Source: Nitrosopumilus sp. (GTDB lineage: Archaea; Thermoproteota; Nitrososphaeria; Nitrososphaerales; Nitrosopumilaceae). Taken from it: a stretch of 64,000 bases of DNA. Below the pieces are notes generated by a model. That model searched no databases. It had not been told where the DNA came from and worked only from the letters and a program-made list of their open reading frames with translations. A program made the position numbers and the translations under genes. Of this stretch, positions 51,108 through 60,624 are shown piece after piece (positions within the stretch are counted from its first letter, which is position 1; every line of letters begins with the position of its first letter). The DNA is taken from the NCBI GenBank assembly GCA_965197525.1, contig OZ240211.1:96001-160000 (forward strand), given 5' to 3'.

Positions 51108-51527
51108 ATGTTTCACAGTTGTTACATGTTCACATATTTTACTATTAATCAAGCAAATGCAGCTCTTCCTGACGTGATAAAAAAATACGAATACTCTCTT
51201 GCAAAGAACAACAAAGTCAAAAGCATAGAAAAAGAGTTGCAGATAAGTCTCTCTACTACAAATACTTTGGAGTCTTTTGTCAATCTCAAGCAAAGATTGA
51301 ATACTGCAGTTACCGAATTTTATGAATCAGTTGAGATACTGGAGCGAACCGGTGTAGTTGTAAAAAGCATTGATGATGGTTTGCTTGACTTTCCCTCACA
51401 AAAGTTCGATGAAGAGGTGTGGCTTTGTTGGAAGTACGGCGAAACTGAGATACGCTTTTGGCACGAAAAAGATTCTGGTTTTATGGGCAGAAAACCTGTT
51501 GAGACAAACGACGACTTGTTGGTCTGA
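51108..51527 (+). CDS. DUF2203-family protein
   Basis: FTINQANAALP...GLLDFP...WLCWKYGE...FWH...GFMGRKP. Confidence 0.85.
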   Translation: MFHSCYMFTYFTINQANAALPDVIKKYEYSLAKNNKVKSIEKELQISLSTTNTLESFVNLKQRLNTAVTEFYESVEILERTGVVVKSIDDGLLDFPSQKFDEEVWLCWKYGETEIRFWHEKDSGFMGRKPVETNDDLLV

Positions 51528-51607
51528 TTATTTTGCTTAATCCTACTTTCTTCTGGTGATATTTAGACTGATTATGGTTATAATCTGATCTCTTGCGCCA
51601 ACTATCA

Positions 51608-51835
51608 TCATTTGATCCTCTCTCTGACTCTCTCTTTGTCTCTGCATATCCCGCACAGGTATCTCTCCTCAAAAATCTTTAACTCGGTTTTGAATTGTTC
51701 TGTTTGATAATATTTTTTTGAGGTCTTCATTCCTCCAGGCACTCTTCTTTTGCAGTTTGTACATCTTAAATCCATGTCAAATTTCACAATCTCGTCGTCT
51801 TTATCTATCTGCCCTATTATCATACCATAATTCAT
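51608..51835 (-). CDS. Small zinc-binding hypothetical protein
   Basis: CTNC...CGIC. Confidence 0.7.
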   Translation of the reverse strand: MNYGMIIGQIDKDDEIVKFDMDLRCTNCKRRVPGGMKTSKKYYQTEQFKTELKIFEERYLCGICRDKERVRERIK

Positions 51836-51908
51836 TCTATTTTGTTATAAATCTGCTTAAAAAACTACAGCTCGTCAATATTATATTGTCCTGCTAGAAC
51901 TATTTATC

Positions 51909-52805
51909 ATGCTCTCTGTATGGTTTAGAGTTATTAGAGTACGTTTTCTTCTAGTATCAATAATTGCAGTATCCGTGGGTCTGTCGCTGAATTGGTGGCA
52001 ACATGGTTCATTTGATACCTTTGCTGCAATCTTTACTTTTGTTGGAGTTATGGCACTGCATGCCAGTGTAGATCTGTTAAATGATTTTTGGGATTTTAAA
52101 CGAGGTATTGATACCAAGACCCCTAAAACTAGAATGAGTGGTGGAACAGGCGTCTTGCCTGAAGGGTTGCTAAAGCCATCTTCTGTTTACCGTGCAGGCG
52201 TTATATCACTTGTTGCCGGTTCTGCCATTGGTGGATACTTTATCATCACTCACGGGTTGGTTGTTGCAGTCATCTTGGGGTTTGCAATAGTATCAATCTA
52301 CTTTTACTCTACAAAAATTGTAGATTCTGGTTTAGGTGAATTCTTTGTAGCAGTAAAAGGTTCCATGATAGTTATTGGTGCATACTTTATTCAGTCAGGT
52401 GTCATTACATCCGAGTCAATACTTGCAGGAATAGTAGTAGGTTCTCTGTCTTCGCTAGTACTGTTCATTACATCGTTTCCTGATCATGATGCAGATAAAT
52501 CCAAAGGCAGGAAGACACTGGTTATTCTAGTTGGTAAACCAAACGCCGTAAACCTATTCTGGCTCTTTCCGTCAATATCATATTTGGCAATAATAGCGGG
52601 CGTTGTGACGAATCTATTTCCCATACCATCGCTTATCAGTCTGTCTGCGCTGCCCCTAATGATAAAATCCGGTCTGGGTTTGAGGAAGAACTACGATTCT
52701 GTGGATGAATTGGTACCGTTTATGTCGTCTACTATGTTGTTTGGCCGAATTACTGGTGCGTTGTTTGTAGTAGGGTTCTTGATTGGGTTCTTGCTTGAAT
52801 TATAG
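51909..52805 (+). CDS. UbiA/MenA-family prenyltransferase
   Basis: NDFWDFKRGID and DHDADKSKGRKTL Asp-rich motifs; multiple TM helices. Confidence 0.9.
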   Translation: MLSVWFRVIRVRFLLVSIIAVSVGLSLNWWQHGSFDTFAAIFTFVGVMALHASVDLLNDFWDFKRGIDTKTPKTRMSGGTGVLPEGLLKPSSVYRAGVISLVAGSAIGGYFIITHGLVVAVILGFAIVSIYFYSTKIVDSGLGEFFVAVKGSMIVIGAYFIQSGVITSESILAGIVVGSLSSLVLFITSFPDHDADKSKGRKTLVILVGKPNAVNLFWLFPSISYLAIIAGVVTNLFPIPSLISLSALPLMIKSGLGLRKNYDSVDELVPFMSSTMLFGRITGALFVVGFLIGFLLEL

Positions 52806-52867
52806 TACGGTTACTCTGAACAATCTCACCATGTAGACATAAATTTAGCAACTGTAATAACATCATT

Positions 52868-53974
52868 ATGATTTCAGGACACGCAACCCATCATGGAACT
52901 CGTAGATTTGCTGATAATTCAGGCATAAACCCTTACAACTTTAACGAATTTTGTGATCTTGTCCTCTCAAATGTCGGCATTGGCACATATCTTGGCAATC
53001 CTGATGCGCAGACTGACAATGCCGTAAAGGATGCTGTAAAACAATCTATTCTGTCAGGAGTAAACGTTGTTGATACTGCAATAAATTATCGTTCTCAAAA
53101 GGCAGAGCGTTCCATTGGGAGGGCACTGTCTGAACTTGTTCAAGCAGGAAAAATTTCACGTGATCAAATATTTCTTAGCTCAAAGAATGGATACCTTACT
53201 AACGATGCTGACGTGAATCTTGGGTTATGGGAGTATGTCAAAGAAGAGTACACACAAAAAGGAGTTCTCAAAGAAGGTGATGTGACATCTGGGTATCATT
53301 GTATGACTCGAAATTTTCTCTCTGATCAACTAGAGCGCACGTTGAAAAATTTGGATATAGAATGCCTTGATTTATTATATCTTCATAATGCAGTTGAAGG
53401 ACAGATCAAAGACAGAACACAAGAAGAGTTTTTAGCAAATCTAGAATCTGTCTTTGCATTATACGAGGAGAAACGAGCTCAGGACAAGATTAGATTTTAC
53501 GGTATGGCAACTTGGGAATGTTTCAGAGTGCCTGATACAGATGTACAGTATCTGTCACTGGAGGACACAGTAAATATGGCCAAAAGGGTCGGAGGTCAGG
53601 ATCACGGGTTCAGATTCATTCAACTACCATTCAATTTACACTATGACCAAGCGTTACTTGCAAAGAATCAGTTGCTTGATTCTCAAAAAGTTTCTATTTT
53701 GGAGGCTGCTACAAAGCTGGGTATTGGTGTGTTTACCAGTGTTCCTTTCATGCAGGGCCGATTACTGCAACCGGATGCGATGCCTGACTTTCATAACGAG
53801 CTGTTGCCTTCTTTGCGTGCATTACAGTTTATACGTTCCACACCTGGCGTCTTAGCTCCACTAGTAGGCCAAAAGACAGCAGAACACGTTGGTGAAAATC
53901 TCAAAATTATGAATGTTCCACCTATTCCTCATGATGAGTTTGTAGCATTGGTTAAAAAACTGACGTCAGGATAA
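52868..53974 (+). CDS. Aldo/keto reductase
   Basis: GIGTY, DTAINYR, SSKNG, DLLYLHN, IQLPFN. Confidence 0.9.
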   Translation: MISGHATHHGTRRFADNSGINPYNFNEFCDLVLSNVGIGTYLGNPDAQTDNAVKDAVKQSILSGVNVVDTAINYRSQKAERSIGRALSELVQAGKISRDQIFLSSKNGYLTNDADVNLGLWEYVKEEYTQKGVLKEGDVTSGYHCMTRNFLSDQLERTLKNLDIECLDLLYLHNAVEGQIKDRTQEEFLANLESVFALYEEKRAQDKIRFYGMATWECFRVPDTDVQYLSLEDTVNMAKRVGGQDHGFRFIQLPFNLHYDQALLAKNQLLDSQKVSILEAATKLGIGVFTSVPFMQGRLLQPDAMPDFHNELLPSLRALQFIRSTPGVLAPLVGQKTAEHVGENLKIMNVPPIPHDEFVALVKKLTSG

Positions 53975-54067
53975 TAACCGTACAAAAAAAGATGACAACG
54001 TTATTATCATTTTCTGACACAAATAATATAACTATAATAATTAGTTCTTTTTATCTGATGTGGAAAC

Positions 54068-54430
54068 TTGATTAAAACATCTGATTATACGAAAATTTGT
54101 AATGCTATACTAGAAGTTGATCCTAAAATTCGGTTTGCAGGAATAATTAATGAACGAGGGCATCTTGATGCAGGTGGAATGCGGCCAAATGTGAAACCTC
54201 TGGAAAACGAAAAAGATGACGAGATGATGTTCTTGGAGCTAGCATTGCGTGTAAAGATGAGAAAAGAATTTGATGCACAGTTAGGTCCTGTAAAATTTGC
54301 TATGGCTTCTCGTCAACGTGCACTGGCAATTAGTATACTGATTAATGATGACATACTGTACGTTGTAGCTGAGCCTGATGCTGACTTTGGCACCCTTCCA
54401 ACAAAAATTTTTTCAATCCTTAATGCATAA
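54068..54430 (+). CDS. Thaumarchaeal roadblock-like protein (DUF6659-like)
   Basis: ILEVDPKIRFAGIINERG...MRKEFDAQLGPVKF pattern. Confidence 0.72.
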   Translation: MIKTSDYTKICNAILEVDPKIRFAGIINERGHLDAGGMRPNVKPLENEKDDEMMFLELALRVKMRKEFDAQLGPVKFAMASRQRALAISILINDDILYVVAEPDADFGTLPTKIFSILNA

Positions 54431-54623
54431 CTGTATGTATATTTCTCATGTTTCTACTGTTATAGTATCTTGCCGTATATAGCGAATGTTTTTTGTTCTA
54501 GTCTATAATCTTGTATCACGTTTACTTGGATTTTTAATCGACTTGCTTATTTTTATGTATATATGGTTCTGTGTTTTAAAACCAAGGATGCTGTTCTTAC
54601 TATTCTGATATCCCTATGATGGA

Positions 54624-55124
54624 TTATTCTTCAGTACCACCTAATGCAATTATTGCACGCAGAACCAAGCTTGATATTCCCAAATTCGATACTATGAACT
54701 GCTTTGTTCTCTCCAGCGGTTTATCTCCGCGAAACCCTTCATCGTAAATCATCTCAACTGAACCCTTGTCAGTCTCTACAAACGACGTAATCAACGAATA
54801 ATTCCCTAGCTTTCTGTCATGCCTTTCTATGTATAGCCGTAGTTCCACTCTTAGTATCTTAAACTTATCTTGCGTAAAATTTCCAGTATCTTGTAGTAAC
54901 ACCTCTAGGCCGTCAGGTGTCCTGTCCACTCTTTTCGGATCATGCAGATCAACTATTCTCTTCTTCATCAACTGTCGTTTTACTGCATTGCTAATAAAGC
55001 AATAATTTTGAAGACGAAGAATCTGATACCTAAAACTAAACGGTGTTGCGATAGTGTTATTTAGTAAAAAAATATCGTTTACATTATGAATCCACACCAC
55101 TTTCACGGCAAAGACATTTCTCAC
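54624..55124 (-). CDS. Conserved hypothetical protein (real start probably MKKRIVDLH)
   Basis: Protein-like C-terminal ~113 aa; the ORF-track start overlaps the divergent gene. Confidence 0.65.
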   Translation of the reverse strand: MRNVFAVKVVWIHNVNDIFLLNNTIATPFSFRYQILRLQNYCFISNAVKRQLMKKRIVDLHDPKRVDRTPDGLEVLLQDTGNFTQDKFKILRVELRLYIERHDRKLGNYSLITSFVETDKGSVEMIYDEGFRGDKPLERTKQFIVSNLGISSLVLRAIIALGGTEE

Positions 55125-56201
55125 ATCAAACTTGACCCTCAGATGACCATTGAAGATCTAGTTGATGTCTTTGCAGGCTCAGGATACAACGGTCGTCAAC
55201 TAGGGGAGGCTGCCAAACTTTATGCCAAGATGATAAAAGAGGACACAACTATCTGCTTGACTGTATCTGGTGCCATGACTCCTGTGGGATTTGGAGGAAT
55301 AATTAAGACACTAATTGAGAGAGGGTTTATTGACTGGATAATCGCAACCGGTGCTAACGTGTATCATGAGGATCACTTTGCATGGGGTCTGCCAGTCAAA
55401 CAGGGAAGTTTTGATGTTGATGATATGAAGTTATATGAAAACGAGATAGTTCGAATTAGGGATGTATACATTAAATTTCAGGAAACTCTGCAAGTTCAAG
55501 ATGATCTGATTCAAGATATGTTCGAGAATGATTTTACTGATAAACCATTTACCACAGCAGAGTTCACTAATCTGATGGGAAAGCTGAGCAAAGAAAGATC
55601 CAAATATCCTGAAAAAAGTTTTGTCACTACTGCATACGATTATGATGTTCCTGTGTATATATCCACAATAAAAGACTCATCTTTGGCATTGAACTTGGCA
55701 GTTCACAGATTACAAAACAAGATATACAATCTTGACTTTGTCAGAGAAATTCTGGAACAAGCGGCAATAGTGTATTCATCAAAAAAGTCAGGAATTTTGG
55801 AATTGGGAGGTGGCGTTCCTAAAAATACTGCACAACAGACAGGACCACTGCTGGATCAAATTTTAGAAAGAAAAGATGGAGGACAAGATTATATCATTCA
55901 GATAACTGACGCACGTCCTGATACCGGCGGTTTGTCAGGAGCTACATTACAAGAAGGAAAGAGCTGGGGGAAAATTCAAGATGCACATCATGGAATGGTT
56001 ACAGTCTATGCCGATTCTACGATAGCATTTCCAATTCTTGCATTATATGTTCTCTCTAATCAAAAGAGTCGTACGCCAAAAAGACTCTACAAGAAACTAA
56101 CCACATTTTACAACAAGCTATGTACGGATTATTACAATAATCCAAACACTACCCAGACATCTGTTGTTGATAGTAAGGTAAAAAAGAGTAATAGTGGCTA
56201 A
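55086..56201 (+). CDS. Deoxyhypusine synthase-like protein
   Basis: SGAMTP, TGANVYHE, LGGGVPKN, ITDARPDTGGLSGA, EGKSWGK. Confidence 0.92.
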   Translation: MNPHHFHGKDISHIKLDPQMTIEDLVDVFAGSGYNGRQLGEAAKLYAKMIKEDTTICLTVSGAMTPVGFGGIIKTLIERGFIDWIIATGANVYHEDHFAWGLPVKQGSFDVDDMKLYENEIVRIRDVYIKFQETLQVQDDLIQDMFENDFTDKPFTTAEFTNLMGKLSKERSKYPEKSFVTTAYDYDVPVYISTIKDSSLALNLAVHRLQNKIYNLDFVREILEQAAIVYSSKKSGILELGGGVPKNTAQQTGPLLDQILERKDGGQDYIIQITDARPDTGGLSGATLQEGKSWGKIQDAHHGMVTVYADSTIAFPILALYVLSNQKSRTPKRLYKKLTTFYNKLCTDYYNNPNTTQTSVVDSKVKKSNSG

Positions 56202-56416
56202 AACCTGTCAAATCTGGCACGTTCTAGATCTCTGTCTTCTTTGGATTCTTTTTTATATTCCTTGTAGTGCTCTTTGCACAGGATTGATTTCTTGTTGTTT
56301 GTATTTACGCGTAGTCCTGCATTCTCAACTTTGTTGGTGTTAAGTGAGCGTGCACCGTCTTTGTCACAACCATCCACATTGCATTTTGCACCTTTTGCCA
56401 CTAAGCCCATATACAA
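56198..56416 (-). CDS. Small Cys-containing conserved hypothetical protein
   Basis: CNVDGC...LCKEHY. Confidence 0.7.
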   Translation of the reverse strand: MYMGLVAKGAKCNVDGCDKDGARSLNTNKVENAGLRVNTNNKKSILCKEHYKEYKKESKEDRDLERARFDRF

Positions 56417-56647
56417 TAGTAATTATGATGCTATTTATATTTGCAAATAGCACAGAAGCAGTCAAACTAAACATATCTTTTATTGGTGCATATCTTGTAG
56501 TCTGATTATACTGTATTATCTCTCTCTCTGACACACCTGGATCTTCCAGCCATTCTTGTAAATCTACTCACAAGGGCATCGGTCATACTTGATTTAATTC
56601 ACTTGTGTTTGTTTATCGTTTATAAGAGGAATATTCTTTCAAGTGGC

Positions 56648-57085
56648 ATGGGTGGAGCTAAAAAGCCAACGGCTGCAAGTAAGGATAAAGCATCTAGCTC
56701 AAGGGATGCAAAAAAGAAGAAGGACAAAGGTGAAGGTGGCAGTGGCCCAAAAAAGGCAGAGATCACTGTACTGGTAAATTCAAAACAGGCGATGAAAATT
56801 ATTGAACACTCCAAAGTTATCACGGTCCAAGACCTTGCAAGACAGATTGGTGTGAAAATTTCTGCAGCAAACGCATTTTTAAGAGAATCTGCTAATAATG
56901 GCATCATAAAGCGTGTAGGAGGTTACTCTGGTCATTATTTGTACCAGATGGCAACTAGTGAAGAAAGTGATCCTTCATTAGAGTCCAAATCTAACTCTCA
57001 GTCAGAGTTAACAGAAGAGGAAGGCGGAGAAAAAGAGGAAGAATCTGTAGTAGTGGCACCTGCAACAGCTGCAGAACCTTCTTGA
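56648..57085 (+). CDS. rps25e: 30S ribosomal protein eS25 (S25e) with an acidic C-terminal extension
   Basis: Lys-rich N-terminus MGGAKKPT and winged helix KVITVQDLARQIGVKISAANAFL. Confidence 0.82.
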   Translation: MGGAKKPTAASKDKASSSRDAKKKKDKGEGGSGPKKAEITVLVNSKQAMKIIEHSKVITVQDLARQIGVKISAANAFLRESANNGIIKRVGGYSGHYLYQMATSEESDPSLESKSNSQSELTEEEGGEKEEESVVVAPATAAEPS

Positions 57086-57447
57086 TACATACAAAGTACG
57101 TCACCTGATTTGGTATCTTTTAATATATCAAAATTCCCTGTCAATCTTCCTATCGGAGTCATTGTTTTCTTAAATATGACATCATTTAGAAAAAAGCAGA
57201 CACTTCTAGACGACGGTAAAAATGCAACATCGCCCCTTTTAAATTCAGTTCTAGCTCTTTCCGTACCTGAATCAAGATCTGTTTCAAAGTACAGTATACT
57301 ACTCCCTAACATATGCGCATGACCTTCTAATGGAAGCCTTCTCATAATGACCCCTACTGTTCTTGGTGATAAATGACGTTTGAGATCACATGATATCTTT
57401 GCTCTTCCTTTTACCTCTAAAATTAGCTGTCTCTTTGATACCGACAA
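56998..57447 (-). CDS. Cyclophilin-like fold protein
   Basis: SPRTV...LPLEG, GDVAFLP...CFF, MTPIG pattern; Ser/Thr tail overlaps eS25. Confidence 0.75.
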   Translation of the reverse strand: MSVSKRQLILEVKGRAKISCDLKRHLSPRTVGVIMRRLPLEGHAHMLGSSILYFETDLDSGTERARTEFKRGDVAFLPSSRSVCFFLNDVIFKKTMTPIGRLTGNFDILKDTKSGDVLCMYQEGSAAVAGATTTDSSSFSPPSSSVNSD

Positions 57448-57456
57448 AATCCCTAA

Positions 57457-58056
57457 TTGTTGGTTAAAATGATTAGAATATATAACGTTTTAACAAAGTT
57501 TTATTACTTGTCTGATGTTAATGACCCTGAGTCTTTAGAATCTGCTTCTGCCTCTACTACCGCGACCACTGTTGCTACAACAGCAGCAACAACTACTACA
57601 CAAACTGACGATACCTTGGATCTAGAAGCTGAAGAAAATGCAGGATTAAACAAAGCACTAGATACCTATCGAAAATTAATCGAAAAGAAGGGTGGGTTGG
57701 ATACATTAACTGAGAAAGAACAAGACGATCTTGAAAAACGCATCAAAGAGATAGAGGACAGACAAGTTGTTGAAAAAATTGTAGAACATGATCCTGTTGA
57801 AATTCCTTGTGAAAAAAACAAAGTAACGATAGGGCCCACTACATTGACACGATTTGAAAAAGCAAGAATCATGGGTGCAAGAGCATTGCAATTATCGCTA
57901 GGAGCCCCGCCATTTATCGCCATTCCGCAGACTGCAAGAATATCCCTAGATATCTCAATGGAGGAGTTAGATCAACGAGCCATTCCCATCACAATTAGAC
58001 GTGTTCTTCCAAACGGCGATTATCAAAACATACCCATTGATTTCTTTGAAAAATAA
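57457..58056 (+). CDS. rpoK: DNA-directed RNA polymerase subunit K (Rpo6) with N-terminal extension
   Basis: LTRFEKARIMGARALQLSLGAP...IPITIRRVLPNG; start probably TTG ~57508. Confidence 0.93.
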   Translation: MLVKMIRIYNVLTKFYYLSDVNDPESLESASASTTATTVATTAATTTTQTDDTLDLEAEENAGLNKALDTYRKLIEKKGGLDTLTEKEQDDLEKRIKEIEDRQVVEKIVEHDPVEIPCEKNKVTIGPTTLTRFEKARIMGARALQLSLGAPPFIAIPQTARISLDISMEELDQRAIPITIRRVLPNGDYQNIPIDFFEK

Positions 58057-58112
58057 AATGAATCAATCATCGATAAAACTTAAAAGATCACAAAATTGTT
58101 GTTAGTTGTCTG

Positions 58113-58451
58113 ATGCTCATGGAAGATATAAAGGAACAGTATGGGCAAGAACATATTGTAAAATCAAATGACAGTGACGGTCGTAATGATCATGAGACTA
58201 TAATTCATATTGATGATGCGCCTGTCATGGAGTCTGTTTCTAATGTGCTCAATGTACTACGGAATCAAGATCAAGTTATTTTAAAATCAAGCGGCAACTC
58301 TATTCCCAATGCAGTTGCTGTAGCAAATATAATTACCGAAGATGTGCTAAGAGATAGGTCTAAGGTTCAAAAAGTACTTTTAGATACATTAGCTGCTGCC
58401 GGTATTGGCAAGATGACCTCAACAGTTGAGATTATTTTAGATAAAACCTAG
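58113..58451 (+). CDS. Alba-like nucleic-acid-binding protein
   Basis: VILKSSGNSIPNAVAVANII...STVEIIL. Confidence 0.78.
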   Translation: MLMEDIKEQYGQEHIVKSNDSDGRNDHETIIHIDDAPVMESVSNVLNVLRNQDQVILKSSGNSIPNAVAVANIITEDVLRDRSKVQKVLLDTLAAAGIGKMTSTVEIILDKT

Positions 58452-58864
58452 TATACGCTTCCTGGACCTTTCAAAAGCATGTTTTCACATTCTTTGCATA
58501 CCTGTTCGTCAATGTCTGACTCTAAATTATGATGTATTTCACATATCAATAAACTGGATTTGATGTAATTGCATAGCCCTATGAATTTGGCCAGACTAGA
58601 TGGAGTGTATGCCATATCAGAGGATAGATTATCGCATAATTCATCAATTAATGTTGCAACTTGTTCTTCTGATAACAGTTTAGCAATTAGAGACGGGTCA
58701 CCACGTGTTCCGCGAATGTAATTACTAATCGCTGCCTGTGTGACCCCTAGCATCTTTGATATCTCTTCTTCTCTGATGCTGTGATCTTTTGCAAGTTTTT
58801 TTGCAATTATTGCTCGTAGTGCAGGAATCAAGGTCTTGGATTCTATCTCAGCTGGAAGGAGCAT
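58448..58864 (-). CDS. HTH transcriptional regulator
   Basis: IPALRAIIAKKL...ISKMLGVTQAAISNYIRG; C-terminal Cys/His cluster. Confidence 0.85.
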   Translation of the reverse strand: MLLPAEIESKTLIPALRAIIAKKLAKDHSIREEEISKMLGVTQAAISNYIRGTRGDPSLIAKLLSEEQVATLIDELCDNLSSDMAYTPSSLAKFIGLCNYIKSSLLICEIHHNLESDIDEQVCKECENMLLKGPGSVY

Positions 58865-59063
58865 TACTCCTCAAATGTTTGTTTGTAAATTTAAAGTTTA
58901 CAATATGCTCTGATTTGGAATGTTGATGGTTTTTTTGTTATCGGCGTTGCTAGTGATAATCTTTTGTTTGGTATTGTTAGTGTTTACGGCATGTACTACT
59001 CTTTGTTACTGCTGTACTCGTCGTTAGGCACATTTTAAAATCATCAAAATTATACCTTATACC

Positions 59064-60011
59064 GTGGATGATTTTTCTAAAAGACTCTATGATGCCTTGG
59101 AGGAATCCTGTAATTCATGCACTTCGAATCTATTATCGCTTTCTGGAGGGCTTGATAGTTCGATTCTGGCTTTTCTTTTAAAGCATAAGAGACCTCAGGC
59201 AGTCGCAATTATTGCAGAAGATTTCATTTCAAACGACCTGACGTACTGTCAGATGGCTGCAAAAGCGATGCATATGCCATTGACAATCTACTATACTACT
59301 ACTACTGCAATTCTCCAGGGTATAGAAGAGACTATAAAAATTCTGAAAAATTTTAACGACATTGAAATTCGCAATAATGTTGTAATGTATCTGGCAATAA
59401 AATGGGGGAAGGAAAACGGAATGAATTCTATGATAACTGGAGACGGAGCAGACGAATTGTTTGCAGGGTATAATTTTCTTATAAACACACCTCCTGACAA
59501 ATTAGATGCTGAGATAAAACGTGTTTGTAATGTAATGCATTTTCCAACGCAAGACATTGGCAAAGCATTAGGAGTTCGTGTAGAGTCTCCTTTTCTAAAC
59601 GATAATGTCATAGAGCTAGCTAAAGAAATTCCATCTGATTTAAAAGTCAAGATAGAAGATACCAAAGTACATGGAAAATGGATATTGCGTAAAACATTTG
59701 AACCTCATCTCCCACAACATATAGCGTGGAGGACAAAATCCCCGATGCAAGATGGCGCAGGCACAGTAGGCCTAACTGAACTGTTCAATTCAATAATTGA
59801 TGAAAGGCAGTTTGTTGAAAAAAAGTTAACAGTTCAAAACAATGATGGTATTAGAATTCGTAGCAGGGAATCTATGTACTATTATGAGATATTTCAGAAA
59901 CATTTTGGCTCACCTGCAGTTGATACCGGCGCTAAACATCTTTGTCCGTACTGTAAGCACAGTATTGGAGAATCTAAATTTTGCAGGATGTGTGGTGCGT
60001 TTCCAATCTAG
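59064..60011 (+). CDS. Asparagine synthase-related protein (ATP-PPase domain only)
   Basis: LSGGLDSS, TGDGADELFAGY, KWILRK, RTKSP; C-terminal Zn ribbon. Confidence 0.87.
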   Translation: MDDFSKRLYDALEESCNSCTSNLLSLSGGLDSSILAFLLKHKRPQAVAIIAEDFISNDLTYCQMAAKAMHMPLTIYYTTTTAILQGIEETIKILKNFNDIEIRNNVVMYLAIKWGKENGMNSMITGDGADELFAGYNFLINTPPDKLDAEIKRVCNVMHFPTQDIGKALGVRVESPFLNDNVIELAKEIPSDLKVKIEDTKVHGKWILRKTFEPHLPQHIAWRTKSPMQDGAGTVGLTELFNSIIDERQFVEKKLTVQNNDGIRIRSRESMYYYEIFQKHFGSPAVDTGAKHLCPYCKHSIGESKFCRMCGAFPI

Positions 60012-60223
60012 ACATTGTTTTTGTATTTGCGTGGTTTTTTAATAAATATGCGTCTACACCCATTGCAACAGAAATAGAATTTCTTACCACCGTGATCATG
60101 AATTAATGCCAATTCTTGATCTAGTTCAATTCCGCATACAGGGTCAACTGGCACAACTTACTTGCTCTATAATTTCTATTTATATATTCAGTAGGGAGTA
60201 TCTTTTTTGGCATCACGAAGATG

Positions 60224-60379
60224 CTATCTCTTATATAATTCCAATTCTTGCAGTATCTTGCCCATGGTGTGTTTCCAGCGTCTCATCTCTTCAATATCAC
60301 TTGGTCTGTTATCATCTAACTCTCTTCTCTTTTTAAGTAGCTCTTGATATCTGTCCTCGTTGATATCGTTAGAAGTCAT
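60224..60379 (-). CDS. Small hypothetical protein (51 aa, below the ORF-track cutoff)
   Basis: Manual translation MTSNDINEDRYQELLKKRRELDDNRPSDIEEMRRWKHTMGKILQELELYKR*. Confidence 0.65.
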   Translation of the reverse strand: MTSNDINEDRYQELLKKRRELDDNRPSDIEEMRRWKHTMGKILQELELYKR

Positions 60380-60624
60380 ATCTCATCTAAGACAAGTTTA
60401 CATAAAATTCTTTGAGATTGATTATATAATTATCAATACGTAGTTTTGAGAGTGCCGTTTTGTAGAATACTGGAAATGTATGCTATTAGTGGTTTTTTGT
60501 GTGACTAGTATATGCGAGTACAATACAAGAATAACGTATCAATGCGTGTAAAATCCCGCTTGCTACTGATCTTTAAATATTTCTTTGAGAATCGTATATT
60601 TATACCACTTTTACAGATTTAGGT

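Noticed and set aside
51528-51610. Tiny minus-strand frame MMIVGARDQIITIISLN resembling a hydrolase C-terminus
   Set aside because: Too short (about 22 codons) to support.
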